From NCBI GenBank assembly GCA_052327205.1, contig CM126225.1, forward strand, positions 38,068,001 through 38,132,000: a stretch of 64,000 nt of DNA, written 5' to 3'. The translations under genes were made by a program, and so were the position numbers. Below the pieces are notes generated by a model, which saw nothing but the letters and a program-made list of their open reading frames with translations, ran no database searches and had not been told where the DNA came from. Shown piece by piece: positions 37,976-50,660 of the stretch. Within the stretch, counting starts at the first letter, position 1. The number at the start of each line of letters is the position of its first letter. This stretch comes from Somniosus microcephalus (lineage: Eukaryota).

Positions 37976-38313
37976 GAAAAAAGACATAAGTGATAAATAT
38001 TTCACTGTTAGAGAGAATTTGCATTTATATAGTGCCTTTCATGACCTCCGGATGTCCCAAAGTACTTCACAGCCAATGAAGTACTTTTTGAAGCGTAGTC
38101 ACTGTTGTTATGTAGGGAAATGCAACAGCCAATTTGTAATGAGATAAGTGACCAGATAATCTGTTTTAGTGATGATAGTTGAGGGATAAATGTTGGCCAG
38201 GGCCTCGTCGTCTGAGCTCACTTATGAAGAACGGCCATTTGACCAAGGTACCAGGGAATTTCATACCCAGCAAATGTCAGGAGAGCGGGACAAAAGAAAG
38301 TAGGAATCTATTT

Positions 38314-38356
38314 AAAACAACAACAGAAAATGCTGGAAAAACTCAGCAGGCCAGGC
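38314..38356 (-). mobile_element. 43-bp Penelope pseudo-LTR fragment with 12-bp TSD
   Basis: AGGAATCTATTT at 38302-38313 and 38357-38368 flanking AAAACAACAACAGAAAATGCTGGAAAAACTCAGCAGGCCAGGC. Confidence 0.75.
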
Positions 38357-38564
38357 AGGAATCTATTTGTTGCCCTTGTTGTGCAAATAGAGCTGAGTCG
38401 ATGTATTTTCTCGTTGCAAATCGATTTCAGCAGCAAAATAACAACTGGATCCAAAAAATATTTGTTTGCCTGCTCCAAGACTCTCGTCAATTAATAAATG
38501 ACGGTATGGCTCCAGTCATTGCTGCAATTTAATCTCGAAGGGATGGTAGATTACATCGAGTTGC

Positions 38565-38765
38565 ATCGAGCCTACAACACAGAAACAGGCCATTTGACCT
38601 AACTGGACCATGCCAGCGTTTTATGCTCCACATGAGCTTCCTTTCACTGTTCTTCATCTAACCCTATCAGCGTAACCTTCTATTCCTTTCTCCCCTGTGT
38701 GCTTATCCAGCTTCCCCTTAAATCCATCCATGCTGTGTGCCTCAAGTACTCCTTGTGGTCAAAAG
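38565..38765 (-). mobile_element. CR1 LINE 3' end
   Basis: ACAACACAGAAACAGGCCATTTG...TTATCCAGCTTCCCCTTAAAT. Confidence 0.75.
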
Positions 38766-39674
38766 TGTTCAGCAAACCTGGTGTGTTTTTTTGCAAACAT
38801 TTAACAGTCGACACATTGAGTATTTAATTTGCAAACATTTGGTTCGACACAGTGACGTAGTTCACACTGATACACCTTTGCCAGTGTTCTCCCTTCTTCT
38901 GATAGCACCCTGTGGTACCTTTCCCAAGTGGCCATTATTCATGTTTGAACCTTGACATTGTCAGCAGCCTATTTGACTGGCATGGAGGGAGACGGGCATT
39001 ATAACTGATGTCACAGCCGCCTTCTCACCCGATATCCTCCACATTCGCACTTACATCAGGGCCTCACTGGATAGCGATCAGAAGCGGGACCCCCTTCCCA
39101 ATTGTAGATCAGCTAACTCATCGCAAACTAGGGATTGAATCTGGGACCTTCCTGGGCTGTGTGATGTAGCTATTAACGTGACAAACCCACCAATCTGTCA
39201 GGGGAGCCAGCTGTTCTTAATCTACTCTCTAATTTTCAGTGAAGGTGAAACATATACTTGCTCTTTTGAAATGTATGTTAGCAATGTCAGAGTATGTGAC
39301 TGGGAACATGTGCAGGTTCTGAAAGTTGCCAAGAGCATTCAGTCCTTGGAGGATATAGGTTACATATACAGCCAACAAGGATTCCATTTCCTCATAGCAG
39401 ATCTTCAGTGGGCTTTGCTGTGGTCCAGGCACTGTACTGTACTTGGCAGAGTGGCCTCTTAAGTTTGGGTGATGTTTCCATAATAAGAAAGTTTGTCTTG
39501 GCAGATTCTTTATTTTTCCCCACGTCTTCCAGTCCTTCTATGCCATGCACAGGACGAGTGGGCAACCCTCTTCCTCTTGTATTTATGGCAGTGATACTTA
39601 TTCTATTCTATGAAATCGGTTTATTTGTTTTCTCCCTTTTCTTTGTTTAGGGTTCCTTGTATTTCACAACACCA

Positions 39675-40066
39675 ACAACGACAACTTGCATTTATATAGC
39701 ACCGTTAATGTAGTAAAATGCCCTAAGGCACTTCACAGGACTGTTATCAAATATAAATTTGACACTCAGCCACATAAGGAGATATTAGGACAGATGACCA
39801 AAAGCTTGGTCAAAGAGGTAGGTTTTTAAAGAGCGTGTTGAAGGAGGAGAGAGAAGCGGAGAGGCTTACGGAGGGAATTCCAGAGCCTAGGGCCTAGGTA
39901 ACTGAAGACATGGCTGCCAATAGTGGGCCAAAGGAAATCGAGGATGCGTGAGGCCATAATTGGAGGAGCGCAGAGATCTCGGAGGGTTGTAGGGCTGGAG
40001 AAGGTTACAGAGGTAGGGAGGGACGACGCCATGGAGGGATTTGAAAACTAGGATGATCATTTTAAA
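39675..40066 (-). mobile_element. L2 LINE 3' fragment
   Basis: Minus-strand FKMIILVFKSLHGVVPPYLCNLLQPYNPPRSLRSS; tail ACAACTTGCATTTATATAGC on the plus strand. Confidence 0.9.
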
Positions 40067-40519
40067 GTCAACACCCTTGGCAGAAACTGCAGGTAGATGT
40101 CCTGCTTGGAGGTGCAAGAGGGTGCTTGATAATTACTTGGGCTTCTGATTTTCTTCTCATTGGCCAAGAGCCTGGCTTTGCATAGTGCTTCCAAATGATA
40201 GAACTGCTGGGATCAGTAATCCGTGTCTTAACCCTCAGTGCCATAACATGTGTGAAACTTGTACTCGCCTGCGCTAATCTTGAACCGAGCATTTGCAAGA
40301 GTGGTTTAAGGTGATTTGCTGCCAATTTTCCCTCCTCAACTGTCTGCAAGTATTTGTTCTGTAAGTGGCACCTCTCTTTCACCATCTGGCTCAGTTTCCA
40401 GATTCACAGCCTGAACAATAGCATTTCACTCTGGTCCACTGTGCATCGTAATACCGTGGGAAATTCTTACAAATGTAGTTGATCTGTCTCAGTAAACTAA
40501 CAGTGTCTGCTTGTGATCT

Positions 40520-41172
40520 AGAATCATAGAGCACAGAAGGAGGCCATTTGGCCCATCGTGCCTGTGCCGGCTCTTTGAACGAGCCATTCAACCAGTCCCA
40601 CTCCCCTACTCATTCCCCATAGCTCTGCAAATTTCCCCCTTCAAGCATATATGGAATTCCCTTTCGAAAGTTACTATCCCACCACCTTTTCAGGCAATGC
40701 ATTCCAGATCATAAGAACTCGCTGCTTAAAAAAATGTCACCTCATCTCCCTACTACAGGAAACTTTGTGCTATCCGGCACCGACGGGACCGAGCTGTTGC
40801 CGTTCCCTCAAAACTGCCGGACACTCCAGCGCTAATGTTGAAAGATACGGAGATTTTCAGCTCCATGTGAATCAACAAACCCTGTTGCTTAGCAACAGCT
40901 TCTAAACAGTTGGCAAGCGTCTCTGTAGCATCTCTAGCTGAAGCTGTTGCTTAGCTACAGACCTTGCAGAGCTTGATTGTTGAGAAAAAAGCAACGAAAA
41001 GAAAAAAAACGGCTCCTGATTTGTGCCGGTGGCTCGAGCTTGCCGGACATTTAGCCTCCGGATAACACACAGTTTCCTTTAGTTCTTTTGCCAATTACCT
41101 TAAAAATGTGTCCACTGGTTACTGACCCTGCTGCCAGTGGAAACAGTTCCTCCCTGTTTACTCTATCCAAAA
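40520..41172 (-). mobile_element. CR1 3' fragment split by a Tigger-like MITE
   Basis: GCACAGAAGGAGGCCATTTGGCCCATC...CTCATCTCCC, resuming TAGTTCTTTTGCCAATTACCTTAAAAATGTGTCC. Confidence 0.8.
40756..41079. mobile_element. Tigger/pogo-like MITE copy 3
   Basis: TA|CAGGAAACTTTGTGCTATCCGG ... CCGGATAACACACAGTTTCCTT|TA. Confidence 0.85.
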
Positions 41173-41534
41173 TATGTCAATCGTTATTGTGGACCAATGG
41201 CAGGTTAGATGGGAGATAAATCTGCTGTATTCCAGCATACAGATCATGCCCAGATAGGTTATAGTACCCTGCTACCACCCTCTGAGTAGTTTACAGTTTG
41301 TTTCTATAAGAGTAGAGCACCTCACTTTGTCTTTGTCCGGTCTAATGTCAGATTTGGGGCAGGCTCCTAAAATGGGCTTTTGGAAGTTCATTTATATGCT
41401 AAACTTTCCCTCTTAAATTCTAATTGTATTAAAGGTATGCCTTTTAATGGAATGAGACCCAGTTTCATCCAACTGTAGCAATTGTGTGAAGCACTAAGAA
41501 TTATAAACCCCAGTGTTCCTAGTCCAGCAAAAAT

Positions 41535-42010
41535 GGGCTTCAGCTCGTCACGAGTGCAGGCTTGCCCAAATTGGGCGGTGTGCGGTGGGAGTCCCGCTGC
41601 CAATTTGTATAAATTATTAGTACATGAAAAGTTTGTCTGGGGAGCTAGGCCTGTTGCACACTTGTTTGGGGAGTGCAAAATTTGATGAGGCAGCAGCACT
41701 TAAAGGGCTGCAGCTCGGCAAATAAAAGACAAATTGTGTTCTTGGCTGAAGGATAGGAGATCCTGCAGCAGGAGGTGCACCAAAGGAAGGAGGAACCTAT
41801 TCGGTGCTGAAAGCCACCCCTCCAGTAAAAAAGTTGCACGGAGGGAGGTTGCTGTCTGAATTAATGCAGTCACCCAGATCCAAATGAGTAAATGTTTGCG
41901 GGTGTCAGGAAGAAGACAGAAGTAGCTGGACTGCCCAATGTCACAATATTTGTGGGGGCTCACCAATTTGTGGAACTGCTGCCGATGGACCCTCAGAAAA
42001 TCAAGTCCAC
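41535..42010 (+). mobile_element. Harbinger remnant with decayed Myb/SANT-like ORF
   Basis: 41739-41893 reads FLAEG*EILQQEVHQRKEE/LFGAESHPSSKKVARREVAV*INAVTQ with one frameshift; termini AAT|GGGCTT ... GAAAATCAAGTCC. Confidence 0.6.
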
Positions 42011-43184
42011 AGTGTATATATGGAGTCTTTAGCAATTGCTGCGAAGACGAACCATTTTGCACCAAAGTAGTGTAAGCGCACCCTGAGGTGCTTTACTCTC
42101 GAGAGGAAGGAGTGGAAGAATCACATAGTTGAGCAATGAATGCCCTGCTTTGATTTTGTTATGTGAAGGAACATTACAATTTAGGATTGTATTGAGGCCT
42201 TACTGTGACAAGTTCTGTGCTAAATATTAAAATTCCTGGCATGTGACTTTTGATTCTGTAGATTCTTGTAACACTTCCCCGCAATATTCTGGCATGTTGC
42301 TGTTCTGCTTTACGGTTGATAGCAGGTTTGGCCAACAGCTCTGACATTGTAGAGCCTTGCCAGCTGTGGAGGAGGAACGGCTGTTAGAGAACATTGCAAG
42401 AGCTCCAGACCAGCTCCACCAGTGTTTAGAATTAAAACTAATGACGCTGTTGCAGGCTCGGCACGAAAACAAAAATAAGGTCTTGGCCCAAACTTTACTT
42501 TTTCCCATTTGTAAAACAACACAGCTGATCTGTAAAACTTAAATGCTGCCCGCAGGCTTACATCTTAGGAAGGACTGAAAGGCTTCCCATTGTGTCTGTG
42601 CTTTCATAGCCACCTCCACGAGCAGCGGGATGCACAATGAACAGATCTTGAAACCAAATATCTTCATAATAATCTTGGACCAAAAAAATGATTTTGCTTT
42701 TAGCACGGCTTTTCCATCATTGACTTGAAACTGCCTGGTTAGACTGAAAGGCCTGAGAAATGCACTGTTAACTTTGAACGGTCTAATCTCTTTGGTAAAC
42801 CCCGAGGCATTAAAAACAGCGTGAGCTTGTTTATCTGCTTGGTCCAAGAGAGAGGAAAGGTGTGTAGAGCCATTATTGTGTTTATCTTCTGGCATGGCAG
42901 CCCTTCCTCGAGGGAACAAAAAGTTCCTGATTGTGCTCTGTAAATATCTTACAGCTTTTTAGCTTCATGGGCAGGAAGGGAGAGACAGAGATGCACAGCA
43001 AATGATCTGTGCACACGTTAACTGTTTGTTTATTTAGTGCTTATCTCTGTTTGCGTTTGGATTGAGGGTTTCAAATTGTATTTTTTTTGGGCCCATGTCA
43101 TTCCATTGGGCAGGCCTTTAAAATAGTTTCTGATAACAATGGGTACTACAGGCATTAAATTGCGAAGGAGCACAGAGGGCAAAT

Positions 43185-43437
43185 AATGAGGAGAATTCTC
43201 TTCACTCAGAGGGTTGTGAATCTTTGGAATTCTCTGCCCCAGAGGACTGTGGATGTTCAGTCATTGAGTATATTCAAGGCTGAGATCGATAGATTTTTGT
43301 ACTCTAAGGGAATTAAGGGATATGGGGATTGGACGGGAAAGTGGAGTTGAGGTCGAAGATCAGCCACGATATTGAATGGCGGAGCAGGCTCGAAGGGCCG
43401 TATGGCCTACTTCTGCTCCTATTTCTTATATTCTTAT
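43185..43437 (+). mobile_element. CR1 LINE 3' end
   Basis: TTCACTCAGAGGGTTGTGAATCTTTGGAATTCTCTGCCCCAGAGG...GAATGGCGGAGCAGGCTCGAAGGGCC. Confidence 0.9.
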
Positions 43438-44118
43438 TGTTCAAAGCTCTAATGGCACATTTATAACGACGCTGTGGTAAGACTGCTGACGTTCCAAATT
43501 TGCTCCTTATACATTGAGAACATCGGAGCGACGTTGCAGCAGCCACATGTGTCAGATTGTTCATGTGCAGTCGTTCAGAAGTCGAAATTGTGATATTAAA
43601 TGTCTACCTTTGTTTTTATTTTGCAGTGGGGTTGTGTGCTGGGGGTGAGAGGAGGTCTTTACAAGCAAGCAATGTAAAAACTGTATTGCTGGCCTGTACT
43701 GGCAGGACAAGAGTTCAGCTTTGCTGTAGCCAGAAGAAATCTGGCCAGCAGCATCTGGCAGTAGCCTTTTGGAATCCACCATGTGAAATAGGTCTCGCTG
43801 CCGCCACAGGCAGTGCTGTGATGTGAAGTTGGGTTTAGTAGAGTTGCCAGCTCCTGACTTTGGTGTCTTGGGTTGCTGGTGATAAACCCCAAAGCAAACT
43901 TGCCAGATTTGTTCAGTCCGGCAGCTGGCCGTAGTGACCTGGCAAGTTTACTTTAGCATTGCTGCTGGCTGTGCGACACCCACACAGGTGGGTGCCCTAA
44001 GCACCCCACTAAATCCAATGTTAAAGCAGCTTCAATGCCACATAAAAGGACAAAGGCCTGGTTATGTTAATTCCCGCTTTCCAGTTTCGTTAACCCAAAA
44101 CTGGGACTTGAAAGACTT

Positions 44119-44586
44119 GAAAGAAAGACTTGTATTTATATAACGTCTTTCACAACCACCAGACGTCCCAAAGCGCTTTATGGACAATGAAGTACTTTTT
44201 TGAAGTGTACCCACTGTTGTGATGTAGGAAACGTGGCAGCCAATTTGCGCACAGCAAGCTCCCACAAACAGCAATGTGATAATGGCCAGATAATCTGTAT
44301 TTGTTATGTTATTGAGGGATAAATATTGGCCAGGACACCGGCGATAACTCCCCAGCTCCTCTTCGAAATCGTGCCGTAGGATCTTTTACGTCCACTTGAG
44401 AGAGCAGACGGGGCCTCGGTTTAACGTCTCATCCGAAAGACGGCACCTCCGACAGTGCAGCGCTCCCTCAGCACTGCGCTGGAGTGTCAGCCTTGATTTT
44501 TGTGCTCAAGTCTCTGGAGTGGGACTTGAACCCACGACCTTCTGACTCCGAGGCGAGGGTGCTGCCCACTGAGCCACGGCCGACAC
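44119..44586 (-). mobile_element. Full-length, little-diverged DeuSINE
   Basis: Reverse complement of 16105-16560 with many CpGs retained; plus-strand GGGACTTGAACCC (B box) and CCCACTGAGCCAC (A box). Confidence 0.9.
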
Positions 44587-44877
44587 ACTTGAGGTATCCA
44601 TACATCATAACACAACGCACATGCAGATTTGCCCCTTTAATGCTGCACACGGAAGAGACTCTTGATTTTGGCTGCGATGCCGAGACGAACCTGCTGAGTG
44701 GAAGATGGGTGCTTCCCTCGGGAAGGAGGAGATATTTCCTGAGCAGGTTACTTGCTTTTGGATGCCTCCAACTAACTGATTACAGATTGGCATGGGTAAA
44801 GCCACAGGAGTGGGTTCATCCACTCGACCCTCATAGCAGGTGATTGGTACGGGACATGGAGCCACCTAAACTGGTAA

Positions 44878-45088
44878 ATGGTAGCACCCTCGCCTCTGAG
44901 TCAAAAGTTTGTGCGTTTGAGTCCCAATCCAGAGACTTGAGCACAAAACCCTAGGCTGACACTCCAGTCACCTGTCCTACTATTTCCTTATGTGGCTCGG
45001 TGGCTAATTTTGTTTGATAACGCTCCTGTGAAGTGTCGTGAGACGTTTTACTACGTTAAAGGCGCTATATAAATGCATGTTGTTGTTG
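44878..45088 (+). mobile_element. Chimera: DeuSINE tRNA head joined directly to an L2 3' end
   Basis: GGTAGCACCCTCGCCTCTGAGTC...GGCTGACACTCCAGT|CACCTGTCCTAC...AAAGGCGCTATATAAATGCATG(TTG)n. Confidence 0.7.
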
Positions 45089-46914
45089 GGGCCAGCAGCA
45101 TGCTGGTAAATGTAAAAAGGGGAAAGCGGCTCCCAGAGGTTGCTGTCCTCCACTTGAGCACTTCTTAATACACCAGCAGCATCGGTATAAAAACACCTTT
45201 CCAGCTTTGTCTTCCAGCTGCCATTCTCCTTTTACATAATTTGATTGATAACGGTAGTGTGTTGTTGATTGGGATCCCGCATAACTAAAATGACTAGAAA
45301 AGGAATATTTTCCTTTAACATTTTGCCCATGGAGGAATTCAATAATATGAACAAACCAAGCGAGACAAGTTTGCACCCTGTCCAACGGCATTACATTACC
45401 TTATGGCAGCAAGTGCGAAGAGCCGACCACATCTTATTTTAACAGATGGAATGAAAATGTCTTCTGGAGCAGATCTGACAGACATAGGAGCTACAAATGT
45501 TTAGAGAATTTCATGCAAGTACAGATCCATGAGAAATTGAAAGACTGGTGTCTGTTTTCACTGTGGCGATCAGAGGTGCAGTTTGACTGTCCTGAACCCA
45601 TCCCGAAATGGCCACTCTCTGGACAAGTTAAACTCTCTCATTGTAGCCAGTTGCCTGCTTTCTTATAACAGTGACTTTAAACACACATTTCACCAGACGT
45701 GCAGGAAAACCTAGGGGAGATGTACAGGATCTAATTTACCCAACAGTGTTGCCTGTCAGCAACGTGTGTATTCTGCAGAATGATATTTTCTTGCTTCGTG
45801 TAACCCAATTCATGAGAGAGTTCGAGTGGACAGCACATTCTGTTCAAATGGTCTCGGATGGACTGTCAATTAGAGTCCATCAGGATTTAACTCCCTAATG
45901 AGTGAAGGGGCGGTCGCAATGAAAATCCGAAGGCTTGATATTTAAAATCCAACTATGGAAAAGCATGACTTCATCGTACTCAGTAGAAGGTTTCCATAGG
46001 AAAACTAAAAGTAGTACCTAAATACCCCACTTATTTTACAGGGTCTCTCATGGCAAAAGTGCAGCTCTGTAAAGTTAACAACTTGTGGATAAAAATTCCA
46101 GTGTGTGCGCTCCTGGTGCACGGCGAGAGTGCGTTTTGTAAATTTAGGTGCCAGTGGTGGCATTTACACCCAATGTTCTCTTTAAGCTGGGCGGCCACGC
46201 ACCACTCCAGGGGACCCGCGCAACGAGTGAACCGGCTTTTAAATTGTAAAAACCGCGCACGAGCGGACTTTTGAATGGGCTACACAGCCTGTTAAAGGGG
46301 CCACACGGCCCAAAAACAATTACGGGGAACATTGTTTACACCATTGATGTAATTGTGGGTCAGTTTGCGTGTATAGAACAAATAAACAGAATCATAAATG
46401 CGACTTTATACTAACTGCTGAAGACTTCCACATGCGCAATTGCTTTAAATTTGTGACCACGGCTTCTGAATAACTGCGCGTCCACAGTTCTTCCTTTGTT
46501 GCCGAAAACGCTCCATGGTATAAACAAACGTGCAAACCACATTTTGATTGCTTTGTTCTGGACACTAATGCCCAATGATATTTCAGTTAAGCCGTCCTGT
46601 CCATTCAGGAGAAGGCTTCTTGACTGCACATAATCTTGGCAAAAACTTATTTTTTTTGGCGTATTTTCAAATGAAGTCCATACAGCATTAGCAATAGGCT
46701 ATGAAACAGATCCATCACCTTGTCACAGTATGTTTATGAATAAACAACATGAGGAAACCAGTGTCTGGAAGAAATGAATAATGTCAGAGTTCAGGCAATC
46801 TTAATCTATCAGCAAGCAGCCTAATAATTTTGGACCACTTTTCTAACGAACTGGATGGAACTGGAAGGTGTAGATTGACTGTGGGGAATCCTTAGAAGTA
46901 TGAAGGGTCAGCTC

Positions 46915-47135
46915 CCTTGATGGCTAAGTGGATAAAGCCACACTGCCTGGTGTATTAGTAAGTCAGACAGACTAGAAGCCCAAGTTCATTAGCTGATTTC
47001 AGCCAGGACAGCAATAAATCGCTACAATTGGCCTCAGTGCCTCTCGGCTAAGGAGAGGAAGAATCAGCCAAGGTTCCTGCTCCTGAGCGCTATCCAGTGC
47101 ATGTGGGAGGATAGGATTCAGCTCGGCTCTGAAGT
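46915..47135 (+). mobile_element. SINE family B 5' part (3' part resumes at about 47590-47700)
   Basis: GATGGCTAAGTGGATAAAG...TAGCTGATTTCAGCC...GGTTCCTGCTCCTGAGCGCTATCCAG; after the L2: GGCTCATACGTGAAGAAAGGC. Confidence 0.65.
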
Positions 47136-47147
47136 TCTTCCAGTGTA

Positions 47148-47586
47148 TCATAACTCGCACCAAGTCCCGTTCACCCATCACCCCTATGCGCGCTGACCTA
47201 CAGTGGCTCCCGGTCTGACAATGACTTGATTTTAAAATTCTCATCCTTGTTTTCAAATCCCTCCATGGACTCGACCCTCTCTATCTCGTTCATCTCCTCC
47301 AGCCCTACAACCCTCCCAGATCTCTGTGCTCCTCCAATTCTGTTTCTTGCACATACCCAATTTTCTTCGCTCCACCATTGGTGGCCGTGCCCAGCTGCCT
47401 AGGACCTAAGCTCTGGAATTCCCTCCCTAAACCTCTCTGCCTCTCTACCTCTCTTTCCTCCTTTAAGACGCTCCTTAAAATTTACCTCTTTGTCCGAGCT
47501 TTTGGTCACCTGTCCTAATATCTCATGTGGCTCACCTTGGGACGTTTTACTTTGTTAAAGGCGCTAAATAAATGCAAATTGTTGTT
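47148..47586 (+). mobile_element. L2 LINE 3' fragment inserted in SINE B
   Basis: TAACTCGCACCAAGTCCCGTTCACCCATCACCCC...TTCAAATCCCTCCATGG...AAAGGCGCTAAATAAATGCAAATTGTTG. Confidence 0.9.
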
Positions 47587-47922
47587 CTGTGAGCCTGTCA
47601 ACAATAACTGCTTGGCTCATACGTGAAGAAAGGCAACTTAGGTGAGGCCCCGGAGAGGTATGTTTACTTTACAATGCTGATGCCACCGGCACCAACTATG
47701 CAAACACCAAAAAATAAATGGTGCCCCGTTGCTTCTGGAGGCATGAGACCCACCTGAAGAGGGTAGCTCTTTGCTGGTGCCTGGAGGCAGCATTCCTGTA
47801 AGAATAATGTAAACCCTGCTTCTAGTGATAGCAGTTACCATTTCTTCTGATCACGGGTGGGTTGGGCCCACCTATGCACATCAGTGCTGCGTTTTCCAAC
47901 TCAAAACTAGGCAAAAAACATT

Positions 47923-48588
47923 GGCCCGTAATTTCCGAACGGAGGCTTCCTGCGTGCAGATGCCTCCTATCAGGAAAAAAAATCTACGAACTTACCTGAG
48001 GGCCCCCGAGGTGCGTACACTTCCGCTCCTGGGCCTCTCCAAACTCGAAATGCGCAGGGCCCACGTATCCCAGAGGCGCAGGCAGTTCCCAAGCGTCGCT
48101 GGGATCACGTGGGCCAAGCCAGCCAACAGGAGAAGGGAATCTCCCTTCATACACTTGACAGATAGACCTGTCAAATATATGAATGTCGATCACCCCAAAA
48201 ACACTAAATACATTTTTAAAAAGCAATCACGTTTTTAAAATGAGTTAAAATTAATTTTGAAAAAAATAATTAAAGTTTTTTACAGGGCTAAAAAATAAAC
48301 TTAACATTTTTAAAAGCATTTTAAAATTATAAATGAGTGAAAACATTTTTTTTAACTTTTTTCAACTCTTATGCTGGTAAAAGCAGGCCTTACGCCTCCT
48401 TTTACCAGACGTAAGATTTCTAAGGGTTTTCTGCGGGCGGAGGTTCTCCAGAGAGCGGAACTATCCGCCCGCAGAGGCCCTTCTCCAGGGCAGACGTCCG
48501 ATCTGTCAAGAGGCTTCGCATGCCTGAAACCGGCATTTCTGATGTCCCTACAGCGCGTACACTCCTGTGGGCATCGGAATATACAGCC
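47923..48588. mobile_element. PIF/Harbinger-like MITE, ATT TSD
   Basis: ATT|GGCCCGTAATTTCCGA ... TCGGAATATACAGCC|ATT; internal blocks shared with 51256-52019. Confidence 0.8.
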
Positions 48589-50399
48589 ATTACCATGAAT
48601 AGTGACTTTCAAGCAACTGTACATTCGTAACCAATGTAAACAAAGCAGATTCCACAGCACCGGAAGCCTGAAGAATTGCAGAACTGCTTTTTGAAGAGGT
48701 TAAGTAATATAAACACAACATTAAACCTGCAAGTTTGTGGGCCCACCAGTGTCTTTGGTGTTAACTAAGGCCACATTCGTGCTTCCCAAGTTCAGCATCA
48801 GCGTGAAACTGAAACTGCTTCACACTGACCTAAACTTGGGAGTGTAAGTCGGGTGCCAAGGCCCAAACTAGCTCCTGAGCGAAGTGGAGTGAGATTACCA
48901 CCTTCAGCAAGTCTCACTCTGCTTCGCCTTGATGTCGTCATCTGAATTCCTGAGGCTAGATTCAGGCTGCATTTACACTGTGAAGCCGAACCACTTGGCA
49001 CCAATGCTACAGCTGTAGTAGGAATGCTCCCCCAATAACATTTCCATCTTTTAGTAAAGTTTTGTATGAAGAAGAATAGTCAGTTGTGGTGGATCTTTTG
49101 CTAAAGAAGGTGGATGGAAAACAGCGCTAACTTCACAGTTTCTGTTAAATGAATCTCAGTGTAGTTCTATGAGGCTATTAGCTACAGATCCCTTAGTCAG
49201 GGAATTCTTGCTCATATTCTCGGAAGGTACTGTGATTGAAATTTCTCAATCACTTCCTCTGTGAAAGTCTATCATTAGGTCATGACTAAAAAATGCAGTA
49301 AAATGCCTTGCTACTTGATTAGAAAACTGAAGTTAAAATATAAGAGAAAATAATGTCTAGTTCACTCAGTAAGTGTTTTGCATCAGTAGGTCTGTTAAAT
49401 AGATTGTGGCCATTTGGGACATGAGCTTTATTTCAATGCAGTGCAATTTTTTAACTTCTGAAATGGAATGGAATGGAAATCATGCACGGTATATGTTTCT
49501 GTCTGTATGTCAACTTAGAAATGTATAGCATTCCATTGCAACTAGCTTTATGTTTGTAGGGATAAGTGATGTGACAGTGTGACGCTTTTGCAGATGGCTG
49601 TCAAGTTGCAACTATTCTACTAATAAAAGATGCTGTAAAATCTGCAGTGGGTTGTGTTTAAAGTCTTTCAAAGTAAAATGTTGGGAAGTAATGTACACAC
49701 CAATGTGGTTGTGTCCGTGCGATTGGTTTAACTTGCTGGAAGGAGCTCTGTTTGTCCATTTTTTTTAATGTACCCACATCACTCCCAAGGGTGCTTTTTT
49801 TTTTAAAGGGTTAGGAAATTGATCCTCCATCCCAGCTGGTCCCACATCCCTCTGTGCTGCCTCTGTAACAAATGCCATAACAAACCTATCACATCTGGCA
49901 CTTTATCATGCATCATGTCTGGGAAGTAGCTGCTGGCTACAAGTTGGTGGGGGTGTGCAACTACACCTCATTCGGCTCCCCGACGTTCAAAATGGCAGCT
50001 CTGGCAAGACAGCAGGAACACTGCTGTGTGTGTGTGTATTATTTGGATTGACAATTTTACACACTTGTATACTTGTGGGGCAGGTTATGTTTTATAATTG
50101 AAGCATTAATATTGAGGAAAATTTCTGTTTTAGAAACATGCATCCTGCCCTTGTTATAGGCTCACAGTTACAATGCAAAAAAAATACACTGAACATAGAA
50201 TTTCCAACATCGTTTGTACTCCCGCGTCAACATCATAAGACACTGCTTCTAGCTCTCAAATGTACTGCAGAAGATACTGATCAACCACTATCTCAAAAAT
50301 TATAGCCCCAATTTCAACTCTGGGCTGGAGATGTGCATGCGGAGGTCGAGGAGGGGGTGTTGTTTATCACTGAGAATTTGTTAAATTGTTGTTCCAACG

Positions 50400-50660
50400 T
50401 AGGCAATGCTAACAAGCAAGTATTTCTTGCCTATCCCCAGTTGCCCTGAGCAGCTATTGGTGGACCCGCTTCTTGAGTAGCAGTTGTTTTTTTTTAACAA
50501 CTGAGTGGCTTGTGGGCCACTTCACAGGGTCAACCATATAACGTGGGACTGGAGTTGCATGTAGGCCAGACCATGTAGGGGTGACCGGTTCCCTTCCCTG
50601 AAGAGACATTAGTGAACCAGTTGGGTTTTTACAACAATCCGACAGCTTTCATGGTCAACA
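50400..50660. mobile_element. Degenerate shark retroelement fragment related to 36085-36191
   Basis: TTGCCTATCCCCAGTTGCCCTGAG is the reverse complement of that tail; followed by GGACTGGAGTTGCATGTAGGCCAGACC...ACATTAGTGAACCAGTTGGGTTTTTACAACAATC. Confidence 0.55.
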
